Shown here piece after piece: positions 1 to 13,364 of a DNA stretch of 60,000 bases. The notes under the pieces were generated by a model. That model was not told the origin of the DNA. It saw only the letters and a list, made by a program, of their open reading frames with translations, and did not search any database. Within the stretch, counting starts at the first letter, position 1. The number at the start of each line of letters is the position of its first letter. This DNA is from Malacoraja senta (Eukaryota). Made by a program: the position numbers and the translations under genes. The stretch covers positions 12,898,001 to 12,958,000 of the forward strand of contig CM075991.1 of assembly GCA_038087875.1 (NCBI GenBank), read 5' to 3'.

Positions 1-348
1 TAGATTGCCTGGGCTCGTACATGAAGAATATATCTGTGGAACCAAGGAATGAGGCTGTTATGGAGAGGAATATGTCTGGAACCAAGGAATTAGGCTGCTA
101 TGGAGAAGAGATATAAACATTGGGGGAAGGAGCAGAGAATAAGTGGCAGCTATGATGCATGTTGGCCATGCATGGTGAAACGAGTCAGTGTTTTATTGTC
201 ATATGTCCCATATGTCACAAAGAGAAGCATGCATGCGGTGTATGATAGACTTTAGGAGCATTGTTTACTGATGGCACATTTTAACTTGCGGGGTTTTCCT
301 TTCCTGCCCTTTGGTGTTTCAGAATTGGCTTCTCTACTTCTGTTTCAG

Positions 349-574
349 GCCCTATCCAATGTGCCTCCGTTACGTAATTATTTCTTGGAGGAAGAAAACT
401 ACAAGGACATAAAGCGGCCACCAGGAGACATAATGTTCCTGCTGGTGCAGAGGTTTGGAGAGCTGATGAGAAAGCTGAGGAATCCCAGAAACTTCAAGGC
501 TCATGTATCTCCACATGAGATGTTGCAGGCTGTTGTCCTGTGTAGCAAGAAACGTTTCCAAATTACCAAACAGG
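349..574 (+). CDS. USP39: USP39 exon, 226 nt (ALSNVPPLRNYF...FQITKQ)
   Basis: Acceptor tttcag|GCC, donor CAGG|gtgagt. Confidence 0.95.
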
Positions 575-3500
575 GTGAGTTTTCATTCTTCTGGCTGAGT
601 ATTACAGAATCTACAAAGATTTGGCGGGAGAATAAAGAAGCCCCCACTGAAATTCTATTCCTTTGTATTTTGACTTGGTTAACGTACATGTGTTGTACTT
701 GCTGATGTACTTTAAAATAAGACAAAAAATGTTGGAACTAATTAGTCAGGCAATATCTCTCCAATCACCAGCAACCCTCTGTGTGGAAAGAGTTGCTGCT
801 CGGCTCCTTTTTAAATACCTCTTTTGATAATTCCCAGAACCTTTCAGTGAATTATTTGTCTGCTGTTGCAGGTGATGCTGTTGACTTCCTGTCTTGGTTC
901 CTAAATGCACTTCATATGGCACTAGGCGGGAACAAGAAGAAAAAGAGTAAGTCGTTATATATAAACAAAAATTATTACATGAGCTCATTCATATGTTTTT
1001 GCGGTGTATGAATCTATATTTGGATCTAAACACAATCTATTTTCTGCCACTTATAACGTGATTTTTAAGTTACCGTTATTGTTAATCTAACTGCCCATCA
1101 GCCCTGTGTGTAAAGCTTGTAGATTGACCATGTGGTAAATTCCCCCATTTTCTTTTGCTTTGTGGAGATGCCTTCTTAACCAACCTATATGTAGATTGAA
1201 GTTCACTATCATGACAGTGACATTCTCATTGTGTTCATCTTTAACTTCCTGTTTAATTCCACACCCATCATTACCACTAATGTTGGAGGAACAATAGACA
1301 ACTCTAACCAATGTTTTCTGCCCCTTGGTGTTTTCTATTCTACCCATACAGATTTCACATGACTTCGATAGAGTAATACAGCGCGCACGGAAACAGGCTC
1401 TTTAGCCCAAACTGCTCATGCGGACCAAGATCCCCATCTATGCTTGTCCCACGCCCACATTTGGCCCATATCCATGTACCTGTCCAAATGTCTTTTGAAT
1501 GTTACTATTGTAGCTGCCTCAAATACCTCCTCTGGCAACTCGTTCCATATACCCACCTGTGTGACTTCCACATCAAATAAATTATTAACATTCAATAGGC
1601 CCACATCAGACTTTGGCCATCTAGCCAATCACTGCAGTAATCCTAATGCTCCTGAATTCTGCCATAGCAAGGTTCATATGTCTTTGGGTGTGGGGAGTGA
1701 AATATGTTTTATTTTGTTGAAGAAAGAGGAAGTTGGTGGGTTGCCATTGTTTTGATAAGTCGTGGGGATCAACTGAGCTGTTGAGATGGTAGTGTGTAGG
1801 TAATGTGGAGCTTGTGAAGATTGCTGTGGTCTTGTTTTTTATTCCACGTGGCCTCTCAACATTGGGACATATTCCTCATTGCAGCCATCATCAACAGTGT
1901 GTTCCAGGGTTCCATGCGGATATTTACAAAGAAGCTGCCTCCACCAGACCTGGTAAGGCCCTTTATCATCTCTTGCTTTCATTGTATGTTTTTTTCCATG
2001 CCTTCTGATTGCAGATCAGAACAGGTAAGATGTGAACACAGGGAGGGGGTTTGCTGAGAAATGAACTGACTATCAGAGACAGGATATTGGAGACTACAGG
2101 CAGGTTGCCTGTGTCCTCCTGGGAGAACAAATGGACAACCGAGTGGCTTTAAGGTCTGAAGCTTTTTAAATGCTGTGCCCAAAGCACATTGTTGCCACCA
2201 CTTTTAGAAATTATTGCAGCTTTAAGATCGGAATGCTACAGCTGTTTGATACATTTTTAGTTGCACTTATTCTTTTTAGCCACATGGTGGCATATAGGTG
2301 CCATTAATGCAAGTTGGTGCAAGTCCTGCCAGTGTTGTGAGTGGAATTGTTTCAAGCCCTTCATCATTAGTGTGGGCGAGGTGCAGGAATAGAGTCGAAC
2401 AATTCAGACTGTTTCACCTTTCTTTTACTGCAGTATGTCAATTAGTAACTTGTCAAGATAGTGATTATTAGTAAAAGGACACAAAGTGCTGGAGTAACTC
2501 AGCGGGTCAGGCAGCATCTGTGGAGAACATGGATAGGTGACGTTTCACAGAGTGCTGGAGTAACTCAGTGGGTCAGGCAGCATCTGTGGAGAACATGGAT
2601 AGGTGACGTTTCACAGAGTGCTGGAGCAACTCAGTGGGTCAGGCAGCATCTCTGGAGAACATGGATAGGTGACGTTTTGGGTGAATTGTGAAGCCAGAGG
2701 AAGGAATTTTGGAGGAGGGGAGAGGTAGGTGGGAATCCAGGTGTGGTGGAGATGAGGAGGGTGAGGTGGAAGAAGGGGGGGGGGTTGCAGGAGTTACCTA
2801 AAATTGGAGTATTCAATGTTCCCCTCCCCTGAGCACCACCTGGACTCCCACCTGTTTCTGCCCTACCCCTCCCCCTCCACCCACACACACACAATTAGTC
2901 TGAAGAAGGATCCCGACTTGAAACATCGCCTATACATGTTCTCCAGAGATGCTGTCTGAGCCACTGAGTTACTCCAGCACTTTGAGCTCTTTTGTGTAGC
3001 ATCTGCAGTTTCAAGTTTCTACATCGTGGCTATTAGTGCTGGGAATGCAGCAGGTCCCTAGTTTTCTTCAAACACTTCTTTGTGCAACTAACCTTCTTGT
3101 ACCACACAATCAACCCCCTAAACTACCACTTGAAACGCTCTTCATGCAAGTTGAACAATGGTTAGTTACAATGTAAAATTCCCTCTAGATTTCCCCATCT
3201 AATATTCTCAGTGCAGGTAAAGTATGAGATAGTTACAAGGTAAAGGTCCTTCTACGTTAGTCTAATCGTCTTACTTGGGCAGTGTGCAGCAGGGCTTGAT
3301 ACAAATTGAACTTCCCAACAGCCTCAATCTAAGAACTGCATGACATTTTAACCTGAGTTTTCAGTAGACTCTCAGCCAATGTTTAGAATTATTTAGCTTT
3401 ATTTAACCATTGAGCACAAATGATCAGTAATGGCCTTCAGTTACTGTCTATTATTATTCTTCTGTTCATTTATAGAGGTTCACGCACGTATGTCAATGAC

Positions 3501-6500
3501 TTTAGAAGGGACTTGCTTTACTCCACTGGCAGTCTGCTATTGGTGCTTATACAGACTGGACACTTGTGCCAATGTTCATGGGCTGATGATTGTGGAATAG
3601 GTTATGAAGGAAAACCACGATGAAACTGCTGAAGACAATGGTGGTAATGTTGGTTAGGTGAAACTGAACAAAACCAGGCTTACTGCCTCTAATGGCCTTT
3701 TCCTCCTGATTTTAAAACAAAAAAATCAGTGTTGAAAACTGCTGGACCAATAGGTTGTGTTTGATTGATTTTAGTAATGGGAGCTTGGCAGTGAGTGCGG
3801 TGTACTCTTTAAAGGGGATCAGAGCGATTCCAAGGAGCCTGAGGGAATGATTTAAAACATTGTCCATCACCTTGAGAGCTGAGCTTGCATCTTGTCAGCT
3901 TGATGAATGGCTGGTATAATCGTTCCTCTTGTGACCATTCAGCCAGCAGTAATGCATTGAGTATGGAGATTAGTTAGCTGCCAGTGGCTTATCTCGTGTT
4001 CAAAACATGTTAATAGACGTTTAAAAAGAAAGCATTAACTTTATTTTCATGTCCTCTCTGTAGACACCGGAGGAGAAAGAGCAACTGCTGGAAATGCAGG
4101 AGTTCAAGGAAACCATGACAGAGTCCACCTTCTTGTACTTGACCCTTGACCTGCCGACTGCACCCCTGTACAAGGATGAGAAGGAGCAGCTGATTATTCC
4201 ACAAGTTCCGCTCTTCAACATCTTGGCAAAATTCAATGGCATCACAGAGAAGGTTGGTGCAAAATGAGAAGGCAAACGAGAATAAAACTCAATATCTTAG
4301 CAAACATAGCAAATGTAATTGAACTACTAAGGCAGCAGTGATATCAGAGTGTACAACAGGACTGCCAAGGAACTGGGAGATCAGTGCTGAGTGTGGAAGC
4401 CGTTCTGTGCAGTGCCCAGTAGGCGATGGTGCATGTAATACAGCCGTGGCTCTTTAGTACTAGACTTCCAAACCCCTAATGTTTCCTAGTGGTTTTGACA
4501 ATAGTTACTTTTCAAGTTTAGCTTAGTTTTTTTAGTTTAGAGATACAGCATGTTAACGGGCCCTTCGGCCCACCAAGTCTGCACCGACCAGCGATCCCTG
4601 TACTATAGTTCCATCCTAACAATGTAGCTAGTAGAGCCGTTACCTCAGCTCCAGCTACTCCACACAGTCCAGACCTCGGATGCTGTCTGTGTGGAGTTGG
4701 CACGTTCTCCCTGTGACCACCTGGGTTTCCTCCCATGTGCCTAGGATCTGAGTGCTGGTAGATTTGTTGACCTCTGTAAATATCTCTGGTTAGTGGTGGC
4801 ATTCGGGGGGATTTGATGGGAATCTGGGAAGAATAAAATATAATGAGTATAATAGGTGCTTGAAGGTTAGTGCAGATGCAGTGGACCAAAGGACCTATTT
4901 CTGTGCCGTACAACTTTATTTCAAAACATGTAATCAGGTCATGTTCCGCAGAGTTGTATGTGAGACCTGACTGCGCACAGATTGGTTCATTTGTTATTAA
5001 TCTAATTCCTATTGGAAAACCGATAATTATTGTGCATCTCCTTTTTGTCTGATCACTGTAAAAGCACGAGTAAAAAAGGTCGTGAATTAGGTCGTGGAAG
5101 TGGGACAGGCCCTTTAGTAGTTTGCTGAATGGCCTCGGAGCAGTTACGTGGAGTATATAGAATGGGAATGGTGTCATGAAAAGGCCAGGCCGAGTGCGGT
5201 TCTCTTCCCCAAAGAATAATATTGAAGCTATTGGATATATTTTGGATATGAAAACAGCATGATTAATTTGAACTGAACACCAGTTTTATTTAACAAGGAA
5301 GCTTTAACAACTATATTTATTTTATTTAATTACTATGGTTGGATTCTAATTTGAGTTTTTAATCTTATTCATCCAGTATCACAACTGCTATTCTATGTGG
5401 CAATATTTTCCAACATTATAACAGTAACCACATTTGCAAGCATTTTATTTGCTGCAAAACATTTCCCACTACCCTGGGGTTATGACAGGTGCTCCATGCG
5501 TGCAAGCTCTGGCTCTGACACCTTGACAACTGTTCTTTCTATTTTCTTCAGGAGTATAAAACCTACAAGGAGAATTTCCTGAAGAGGTTCCAGCTGACAA
5601 AGCTCCCACCCTATCTCATCTTCTACATCAAGAGGTTCACAAAGAACAATTTCTTCATTGAGAAAAATCCCACCATTGTCAACTTTCCAATTACGTAAGT
5701 AATACACTTCACCTTTTAGTTGAATGTGGTTGTATTCGAGTTACTCATAAAGTAACACAGCACAGAGATGGGTCCATGTGGACCAAGGTGCCGTCTAAGC
5801 TAGTCCCATTGGCTTGTGTTTGGCCCATATCCCTTTAAATCTTTCCTATCCACAGAGCTGTTCAAATGGCTTTTAAATATTGTTATTGTACCTCCTCAAC
5901 CACTAACTCTGGCATTGTGTTCCATATATGCCCCATTTTCTGAATAATAAAGATGCTCCTTGGGTCTCTTTTAAATCTTTTCCCTAACACCTTAACCCTA
6001 TGTGCTTAAAATGGTGACTAAAACTGTGCACAATACTATGTGCAGCCCCACCAACGTCTTGTACAACTGCAACATCTCAATTCTTGTACGCAATGCCCTG
6101 GCTGATGAAAGCCAGCGTGCAAAATGCTTTCTTCTTCATCCTGTCTACCTGTGATGTGAATAAACTGTGTACTTGCACTCCTGGCTACCTCTGCTCTACA
6201 ACGCTCCCTAGAGAATTTGATGGTCTTTCTCAGAACTGACCTAGTTTGACCTGCTGCATCTTTGTAATGTGTTGATAACTAGTGATTGTAACCAAGCTTT
6301 GTTGAGGCGATTCTCATCTGATTTTGACACCTGGTGTATGGGTGAGTTACCATAAGACACGAACAGAAGCATTCTGCTTTTCTTGGGCTGGAGGCACTAA
6401 CGTATTTGTAACACTTCCTCTTCTGCTTGGCTGATGCAGTATAGACATTCAAAATAACAATGAAATGTGCTGGAAATACCAGCTGACACAATACTTTGTG

Positions 6501-9500
6501 AGCTGCTCAGGTGAATGGGGTGAAATTAAAGAACGGGTGAAAGGTAAAAGAATGTACTGGGAGATACACAACTCTCCAGGTGCTGGGAATCTAAAAGAGT
6601 AAGAATGCAGGAAATATCCAACAGATCAGGCAGCATCTTCCAGGAGTTCAGATAACAAGGATTTAGTGTTTTAAAACATTCCTGTTTATTGCAATGTGTT
6701 TCAGGAACGTGGATTTGCGAGAGTACCTGTCAGAGGAGGTTCAGGCGGTACACAAACACACCACCTACGACCTGATAGGTAACGTGGTCCATGATGGGAA
6801 GCCCGGTGAAGGAGCGTACCGGGTCCACGTTCTGCATCATGTGAGTATACTGCTGGCAGTTCCAGGCATCCCTTGCTCTTTATGTGAGTGATAGAACAGT
6901 AGCTGTTCGCAGCCTTGAGTGGAATGTATGAATGAACACAACATCATGTCACAGATACAGGGAGGAAGCTAGGCTGAGCATGATCTATATCAGTTCTATA
7001 AACTACGCAGGGGACAACAAATATCTCCAGTTGCTGATTTCTTTATCAGGTTTATTTTTATTTTTTTTTAATTTTTATTTATCAGGTTTATGAAGCTATA
7101 TTTTTTCAGCTCATTCTTGTGTGTTGTATGCAAAACAAAAGATTTTACTGTTTACGTGACAATAAAGTATCAATCAGGATAGGATCGTCAAACACAGTGC
7201 CATTCAGAGTATTGTGCTGTGTTGACTCTGGCAAGAACTGTTTATGATTGCTGCATCCTTGCTCTCTCTCTGAAGGCCCACAGTTTTCTGCCCTTCAGGT
7301 ATTTTTCTAATTTCCTTTTGAGTGTCTCATAGTTTAATACTTCACTAGGACTCATTGTCATTATTGCTTCAGTAAATACGTAATGCCTTTTAACAGCTCT
7401 CGGCACAATAAATGGGATGACAGCTGGAAGTCGTGAATAGTAAGGTGTTTACAGGGTATTAAACCCAGAACTGCACCTTGGTGAATTTTGGCATCTGTAT
7501 CCTGGTCCCAATCACCCTCTTTGGCTCAGTGTCTTATTATTGCCTCATTTTCTGACCTTTGGGATTGTCACATTGCTTATCTGGGCATCCAGTTCTTAAA
7601 CAGCAGAAATTTCCTCCAACCAGATATTAGGAAAATGGAATATAAGAACAAATTGCACATTTCAAGAATTCTCTGCTTTTGTTTCAGATTTTCACTTTCA
7701 TTTTGAACGGCAAGGTACATAGAGGATGGGATAAGGCAATAAAAGATAAGCAATTTCAGACACTGAGAGCCCAATGTTACAGAAAGCCCATAAAAGAATA
7801 CTAAATGTGGCAGTGTAATTAAGAGGAAGATAATAGGAAAGTAAAGGAGGCCATGAAAAAGCAAAGGAAATCCAGCACTGTTTTATAAGAGCAACAGGAT
7901 AATTATGGAAAGTGTTGAGCCTGTTAGGGACTAAAAAACGAATGTGTTTGTAAGTGGAGGATGTGGGCAAGAGTCTCAATGAGTACGTTGTGATTGTCTT
8001 TACGAATGAGGGTTAATGGTGATATAAAGGAGAGTGAATGCTTAATGTTGGAGGAGATTCACATAATAGAGGAAGAGTGAATTGCCAGCTACGCATGAAG
8101 ACCTGGTCCTAACATGCTGTTGAGCCAAGATAGAAAAGAAAAAAAGACAGGCATATTTCCTTTGCCATAAGAGTCAAGAGCCAAGAAACCAAGAATCCCT
8201 GATTGTTAAAAGAAACAAGGGAGGCTCGGACTATCATTTTCTAATACTCCCTGGCTGTGGAGAAATGGCAGAGGATTAAAGCACTTCTAGTGTCCTACAA
8301 TTGTTTCAAAAGGAATAAACCAAGGAATTATTGGCCAATTTGGTTCATCTCTTAAACTGTCAGCAAAGTGGGCAAATTATTGGAACCAATTGAGGGCTAG
8401 TGTAAACGATGATGTAGAAGGCAGGATTACTCAGGAAAGTCTGCATGGGTCTATTAAAGAAAGGTCAAGTCTGTCTTGTGGAATTGGATTTTCGATGGAT
8501 GTGAGGGCAATGTATTTCACATGGTCCATATAGATTGTTTGCTCAGGTAGACCGCAGTGTGAACACCAAATGCAGGTCACTAGATCTAGTTCTGGTCCAC
8601 GCGATACTGTAGAGGGTGCAGAGGAACATTTTGAAGAATTTTGCCAGGACTGGAAAATGTAGGTGTGAGGAATGATTGGATCTGCTCGGGATGGAGTCGA
8701 GGATGTTGAGGGGAGACCGAAAATTCTGTTGAGCCAAGATAGAAAAGAAAAAAGACAGGCATATTTTCCTTGCCATAAGGGTTAATAATTAGGGGACAAA
8801 GATTGAAAGTAATTGCTAGAAGTATTTAAAGGAAATGGGGAAGCTTTACACTCGGGGGCAGAAACTCTTTGACTGAATGGGTAATGAAACCAGAAAGCCT
8901 CACTGCATGTAAAGAGTACTTGAAAAGATGTGATGTGCATGGCTACAGAAGAGAGGTGAGGTTAGGCTGGATGTTTTTTTAGCCATCTGGATGGACATGA
9001 CAGCCTCAATGGTTTCATTCTGTGTCATAATTTGTTTTTGAATCTGTCCTGTGGTTTACAGTGTCAGGATTTTTGTTTTTGCATCGAGATCTTCACTGGT
9101 TAATCTGAATGGAAAGCTGTTGTGTAAACTAGGTAGTGTATCCACATGTTTGACCAACAGGTCCATTACACTGTGTGCTATTTCCTGCAATGTAAGAAAC
9201 TCTCTTTTAAATATAATAGTAAAACATAAACTGCTGGAGGATCTCAGCTGGCCAGGCAGCAGCAATGAAGGCAAATGGACAGATGATATTTCAGGTTGGG
9301 CCCCTACACCAGTCTGAAGGAATTTATAAAATGGTCCCAACCTGAAACGTCCTTCCACAGATGCTGTCTGACCCACTGAGTTCCTCCACAACTTTGTTTT
9401 ACTTGAGATTCCAACATTTTCAGACTCTTCTATCTCCTTTTTGCAAACATAATACTTGTATCTTTCTGGTTCTCTCCTTTCAGGGAACAGGGAAGTGGTA

Positions 9501-10595
9501 CGAGCTGCAAGATCTACAAGTTACTGATATCTTGCCACAGATGATCACCCTATCTGAGGCCTATATTCAGGTTAGTACTGCCAGGGGCAATGTCCTGCTC
9601 CACATACTACTGTTTGTATTCACACAAGACTACTGATTATATAAACTCCAGATGTAGTTCAGATAAAAAGGCAAATTTCAATGGAATTTAAGAACAGAAA
9701 ATGTGATTAAGAATGCACTAGGGCAAGCTTAAAGCTGCAAGGACAGGAAGTCAGTCTTTGTCTCTGTGTACATTGAACTCTTCACTCCATCCCAGGTTTT
9801 ATTCTTTCCTGGGACCAGGAAGTAATAGAATTCCATACTTCCTGTAATCTTTCTTCTCTGACCAAAAGACTCTCTATACTACAAATGGTATTCCTGGATG
9901 CTCTCTAGAGCATGTGCATTCTCCTCTGCTGTCCTCAACTGGATTTCATTTTCTTTCCCAATAATTGAAAATACCTCGAACATGGGTAAGGAAATGGGAG
10001 CAGGTGTAAGCCACACTGTCCCTTAAGCCTTTCCCTCTTCAGTCAGATCATGGCTGATCTGGCCCAGCACTCCGCTCCTCCATTGGGAGAATGTTTCTTT
10101 TTGCCAGTCCCACCACTGTAATATTTGGCATGACATAGAGGGACGTGGGCCATATGTAGGCAAATGGTTGGCATGGACAAGCTGGGCAAAAGGGCCTGCG
10201 CCTATGCTGTATGGCTCTACGATAGTCAATGGGAACTCTATATGTGTTGGTTTGAATTGGCAAGCCAAAGTAAGAGGAGCTAATGCTTCAATGAACAGCA
10301 GTTTGAATCTTCTTCCTTGGGGAAGGTTCAAAAGACTATAATGGTGTCATTGTGTTGACTGGAATGGACTTTATGATAGGGAGCTACTCAGTTCAGACTA
10401 TTGAAGATGAAATAATCATTGGTGTTGGAAATAGTATTCATGATGTTGCTCAAATCCACACTTGAGCTGAATGGTGCAAAGAGCACTGGTGCTGAATGAA
10501 CCAAGCAGCTCGTGTCAGCTCCACTGTTTCATCAACAGATCTGGAAGAGACGAGAAGACAGCGACGAAAGTCTTCCCAGTCAGAAAGGAGCATGA
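349..10595 (+). CDS. USP39: USP39 (U4/U6.U5 tri-snRNP-associated protein 2, inactive USP-family protein), 3' part, 8 exons: join(349-574,872-946,1885-1952,4064-4252,5552-5694,6705-6840,9484-9570,10539-10595); 5' exons lie upstream of the window
   Basis: The spliced translation ALSNVPPLRNYFLEE...HVSPHEMLQAVVLCSKK...DFLSWFLNALH...FQGSMRIFTKKLP...LTLDLPTAPLYKDEKEQLIIPQVPL...KRFTKNNFFIEKNPTIVNFP...HDGKPGEGAYRVHVLHHGTGKWYELQDLQVTDILPQMITLSEAYIQIWKRR closely matches vertebrate USP39 as I recall it. All introns are GT-AG with compatible phases. The His-box reads GAY instead of GHY, as expected for this inactive DUB. Confidence 0.97.
872..946 (+). CDS. USP39: USP39 exon, 75 nt (GDAVDFLSWFLNALHMALGGNKKKK)
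   Basis: Acceptor ttgcag|GT, donor AAGA|gtaagt; phase 1-1. Confidence 0.93.
1885..1952 (+). CDS. USP39: USP39 exon, 68 nt (TIINSVFQGSMRIFTKKLPPPDL)
   Basis: Acceptor ttgcag|CC, donor CTG|gtaagg; phase 1-0. Confidence 0.93.
2473..3026. mobile_element. Penelope-type inverted composite insert with three 66-bp tandem units in the left arm
   Basis: AGTGCTGGAGTAACTCAG...GGTGACGTTTCACAG three times (about 2481-2678), an inverted copy at about 2897-3020, and an imperfect flanking duplication GTGATTATTAGT/GTGGCTATTAGT. Confidence 0.65.
4064..4252 (+). CDS. USP39: USP39 exon, 189 nt (TPEEKEQLL...KFNGITEK)
   Basis: Acceptor ctgtag|ACA, donor AAG|gttggt; phase 0-0. Confidence 0.94.
5552..5694 (+). CDS. 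USP39: USP39 exon, 143 nt (EYKTYKENFLKRF...IVNFPI)
   Basis: Acceptor cttcag|GAG, donor AC|gtaagt; phase 0-2. Confidence 0.94.
6705..6840 (+). CDS. USP39: USP39 exon, 136 nt (NVDLREYLSEEV...HVLHH)
   Basis: Acceptor tttcag|G, donor CAT|gtgagt; phase 2-0. Confidence 0.94.
7700..8960 (+). mobile_element. Old, fragmented CR1-like LINE remnant
   Basis: Degenerate CR1 ORF2 and 3' signatures without an open frame. Confidence 0.45.
9484..9570 (+). CDS. USP39: USP39 exon, 87 nt (GTGKWYELQDLQVTDILPQMITLSEAYIQ)
   Basis: Acceptor tttcag|GGA, donor CAG|gttagt; phase 0-0. Confidence 0.95.
10539..10595 (+). CDS. USP39: USP39 last coding exon (IWKRREDSDESLPSQKGA*)
   Basis: Acceptor caacag|ATC; TGA at 10593-10595; the IWKRR...GA end resembles the human C-terminus. 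Confidence 0.92.
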   Translation: MWKRREDSDESLPSQKGA

Positions 10596-11350
10596 ACTGG
10601 GACCGGGAGAATCTTCTGACCATCGGCATCTTCCCCGTGATGCTCAGGGCCGGTGTTGAGCAGACCCTGAAGATGCTGGCAATATTTCAACCAAAGGCTG
10701 ACCATACCCACGTTTGGCAGATGCGGAGTACACGGACATGGCAATGATGCAGTGATTTCCTGCCTCTGGTGTTCAAACTAACTTCTCCAATACGGAGTTG
10801 TAAAGGTGTGCAGGGATTTAGATGATACTGGGGGGGGGGGGGTTGCCAGGGATATGTTGATGGAACTAGTCCTATTTGCCAGAGCCAGGCAATAGCAGAA
10901 ATGGCCTGATTTGCCCTGGAAAACCACTCGCTGTTTGAATCATCTCTGTCTTTGCATTCTGTTTGCTGGAAAACTGGCAGCATGAATCCCAGAGGATGTT
11001 GCAAACCTCTGTTTTGTTATGACCTTGCTTCATCTTGCTCAAGCAGAAGCAGCCTTCTGCATTGTGGCTGATGTTTCAAATGCTGCAAAGCTGAGAGGAG
11101 CTATTTACTGATGTTGCAGAGTGCAGAAACTGTTTTGCTTTAGGCTGGGAACATCAGTGCCCATGTGGAAATCTGTCTTAATTTTGTAATATGTTTAGGT
11201 GAAAGATCTTTGAATACTGAAGGAGAACAGGATCTGGGTATGTTTGAATTGGTTTAACTAATTCTTGCTCTTTGTTAGAAATTATAGCAGCAACACATTT
11301 CTCATGGTCAACCTCCTCGATTATTTTGTCAATTTCTGTCAATCGAGATA

Positions 11351-11356
11351 AATAAA
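11351..11356 (+). promoter_or_regulatory. Candidate USP39 polyadenylation signal (alternative AATAAA at 11463-11468)
   Basis: AATAAA about 750 nt after the stop codon, followed by T/GT-rich sequence. Confidence 0.6.
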
Positions 11357-12236
11357 ATTTTCATTTAAGTTTTGGTTGGCACTGAGCATTCAATAGTGGG
11401 GGGTTAATTAGGCGATCGCACATTTGCTGATGTAATTGACCAGGTATCTCAACCACCTGAAGAATAAAGTCATGTATTTTTATATTTTAGTAATCTAACT
11501 TCTCTCCTGAAAGTGTTGCTTTCTTTGCACTTGCGTGGATGATAGCCTCTGGCCTGTGCCTGGCACGCATGAGCCTAGACAGTGTTAATCTGTAAATATT
11601 TGCTTATGATCGTGTCCTCTGGCAACTGCTTGCTTTACACTTCCACTGGGCAAGCTCAGGAGAATGGGAAACCATGCAGATGCTGCTATATACCAAAGTG
11701 CTGGAGTAACTCAGCGGACCAGGCAGCATCTCTGCAGTAAGTGGATAGGATAAAAAAAGTGTCTGAAGACAGGTTCGGACCCAAAACGTCACATCCATTT
11801 TCTTCTGAGATGCTACCTGACCTGTTTAGTTACTCCAGCACTTTGTCTCTATCTTTAGATTTATATCTGTTGTAAAGTCACACAGTGCAGGAGGTCACAA
11901 GCCTTCAACCAACCAGGTTGGTGCCAGTGGTTAGGTATGCATCTAAGAGGATGTCAGCCACCCACCAGAAACTCAAATGCAGGAGATGCTCACTGCTAGG
12001 GCGAGTTAACATCTGTGTTTGGGGGATCTTAGCACTATGCTGAGGCATCTTGTTTGGGGAGGAAAGGAAAATGCTTGCTTCCAAAGTGACTTGGCACTAT
12101 GCTCTTGGTAGCAGGATAGGCTGCCAACATTCAGGGTTGGCCTTGCTCCACTGACTATTCAAGGGAGATGGTACATCCATGTATTGAAGGACGCAAGTAT
12201 GAATCACACTTTAAGGAAGTCATATGTGGATTAAAG

Positions 12237-13324
12237 TTTATTTAAGAAACAGAGCATTGTTTAAAGCACTTAGTCTGTTCAACAAATGCAAAACCAACAC
12301 AAGCATGACAAAATGCTAGAGTAACTCAGCGGGTGAGAAGGAATGGGTGACGTTTCAGGTCGAGACCCTTCTTTAAACTGATCATCACTACTACAGCCAC
12401 ACAGGACTAAGACCAATCAAGTAAATCTTCAATCTCTATCAATTATTAAAACTCCATCACATTTACAAAGTATTAGCCTCTTGTTGTAAAATTACTGCCA
12501 GCCCCCTCCTACATGGTTGGTTTGTTACATCTGCTTGGAAGCTGTCCGAATTCATCAATAGCAACGTTATGCAACACTTGACAAGGTGCAAGAGTAGAAA
12601 TATAAGAGATATTCACTAAATAGCAATGAATTGTTTCTAAATACTGTTTAATTTCTGCAAAGTGCTTTATTGAACATTAACATTTCACCTCAAACTTAAC
12701 ATCAAGATATTAACAGTTTAAACTTCATTCAATTGTTGAGCAACAGTTGTTTCCCACACATCAGGAAATTCCTTCAGATTTAAAATACAGCACAGGTGGC
12801 CATTTAGCCCATTAAAATGTATACTGGCTCTTGGCTTTGCAATCCCATCAGCCGCACCCCTCCCCCACCTGTATTTGTTCCCTCTCATTGAACCAGCCAC
12901 GGTTGAAAATAGCTTCCCTGTTTTAGGTCTCTGAACTCACCAAAATCTCTGTGAAATTGCTTTGCTCCTAAAGATTGTAGGGTTAGAGTCGTCTCATCTC
13001 TTCCATGCACAATACACTGACGTTTAGCCAATCACCAATCCTTTCCTTTTAAAATGTTACATTTCAGCAGTTGCTTAGGAAATAATTACTTTCTATCAAT
13101 CTGTGTTAGACAAAAGCTCTACCTAAATATGCAGCATCCAGAAATGATTAGTTGGAAGGAAAAAAGATAATGCGTTTCATTTGGACACTTCAATTAAAGG
13201 GAGTGTGCTGAATATAGAATTAAGCAGAAGCTATAGCGACACAAAACTGCTTCAAAATACACACGCACACAGCCCGAATCATCATTTAACTGGTCCCGAA
13301 ATGGAATCTCCTTTGATTTTTATT
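12237..13324 (-). promoter_or_regulatory. Candidate polyadenylation signals of the SFTPB-like gene (AATAAA on - at 13319-13324, 12666-12671, 12237-12242)
   Basis: TTTATT on the + strand downstream of the stop codon; which one is used cannot be told from sequence. Confidence 0.45.
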
Positions 13325-13364
13325 AAATTTGCTGCAGTCTTCTGCCAGAGATGCTAAATTAGCC

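Noticed and set aside
4518..5177. 219-aa minus-strand ORF
   Set aside because: It runs through SINE and MITE fragments antisense in a USP39 intron, with no recognisable protein.
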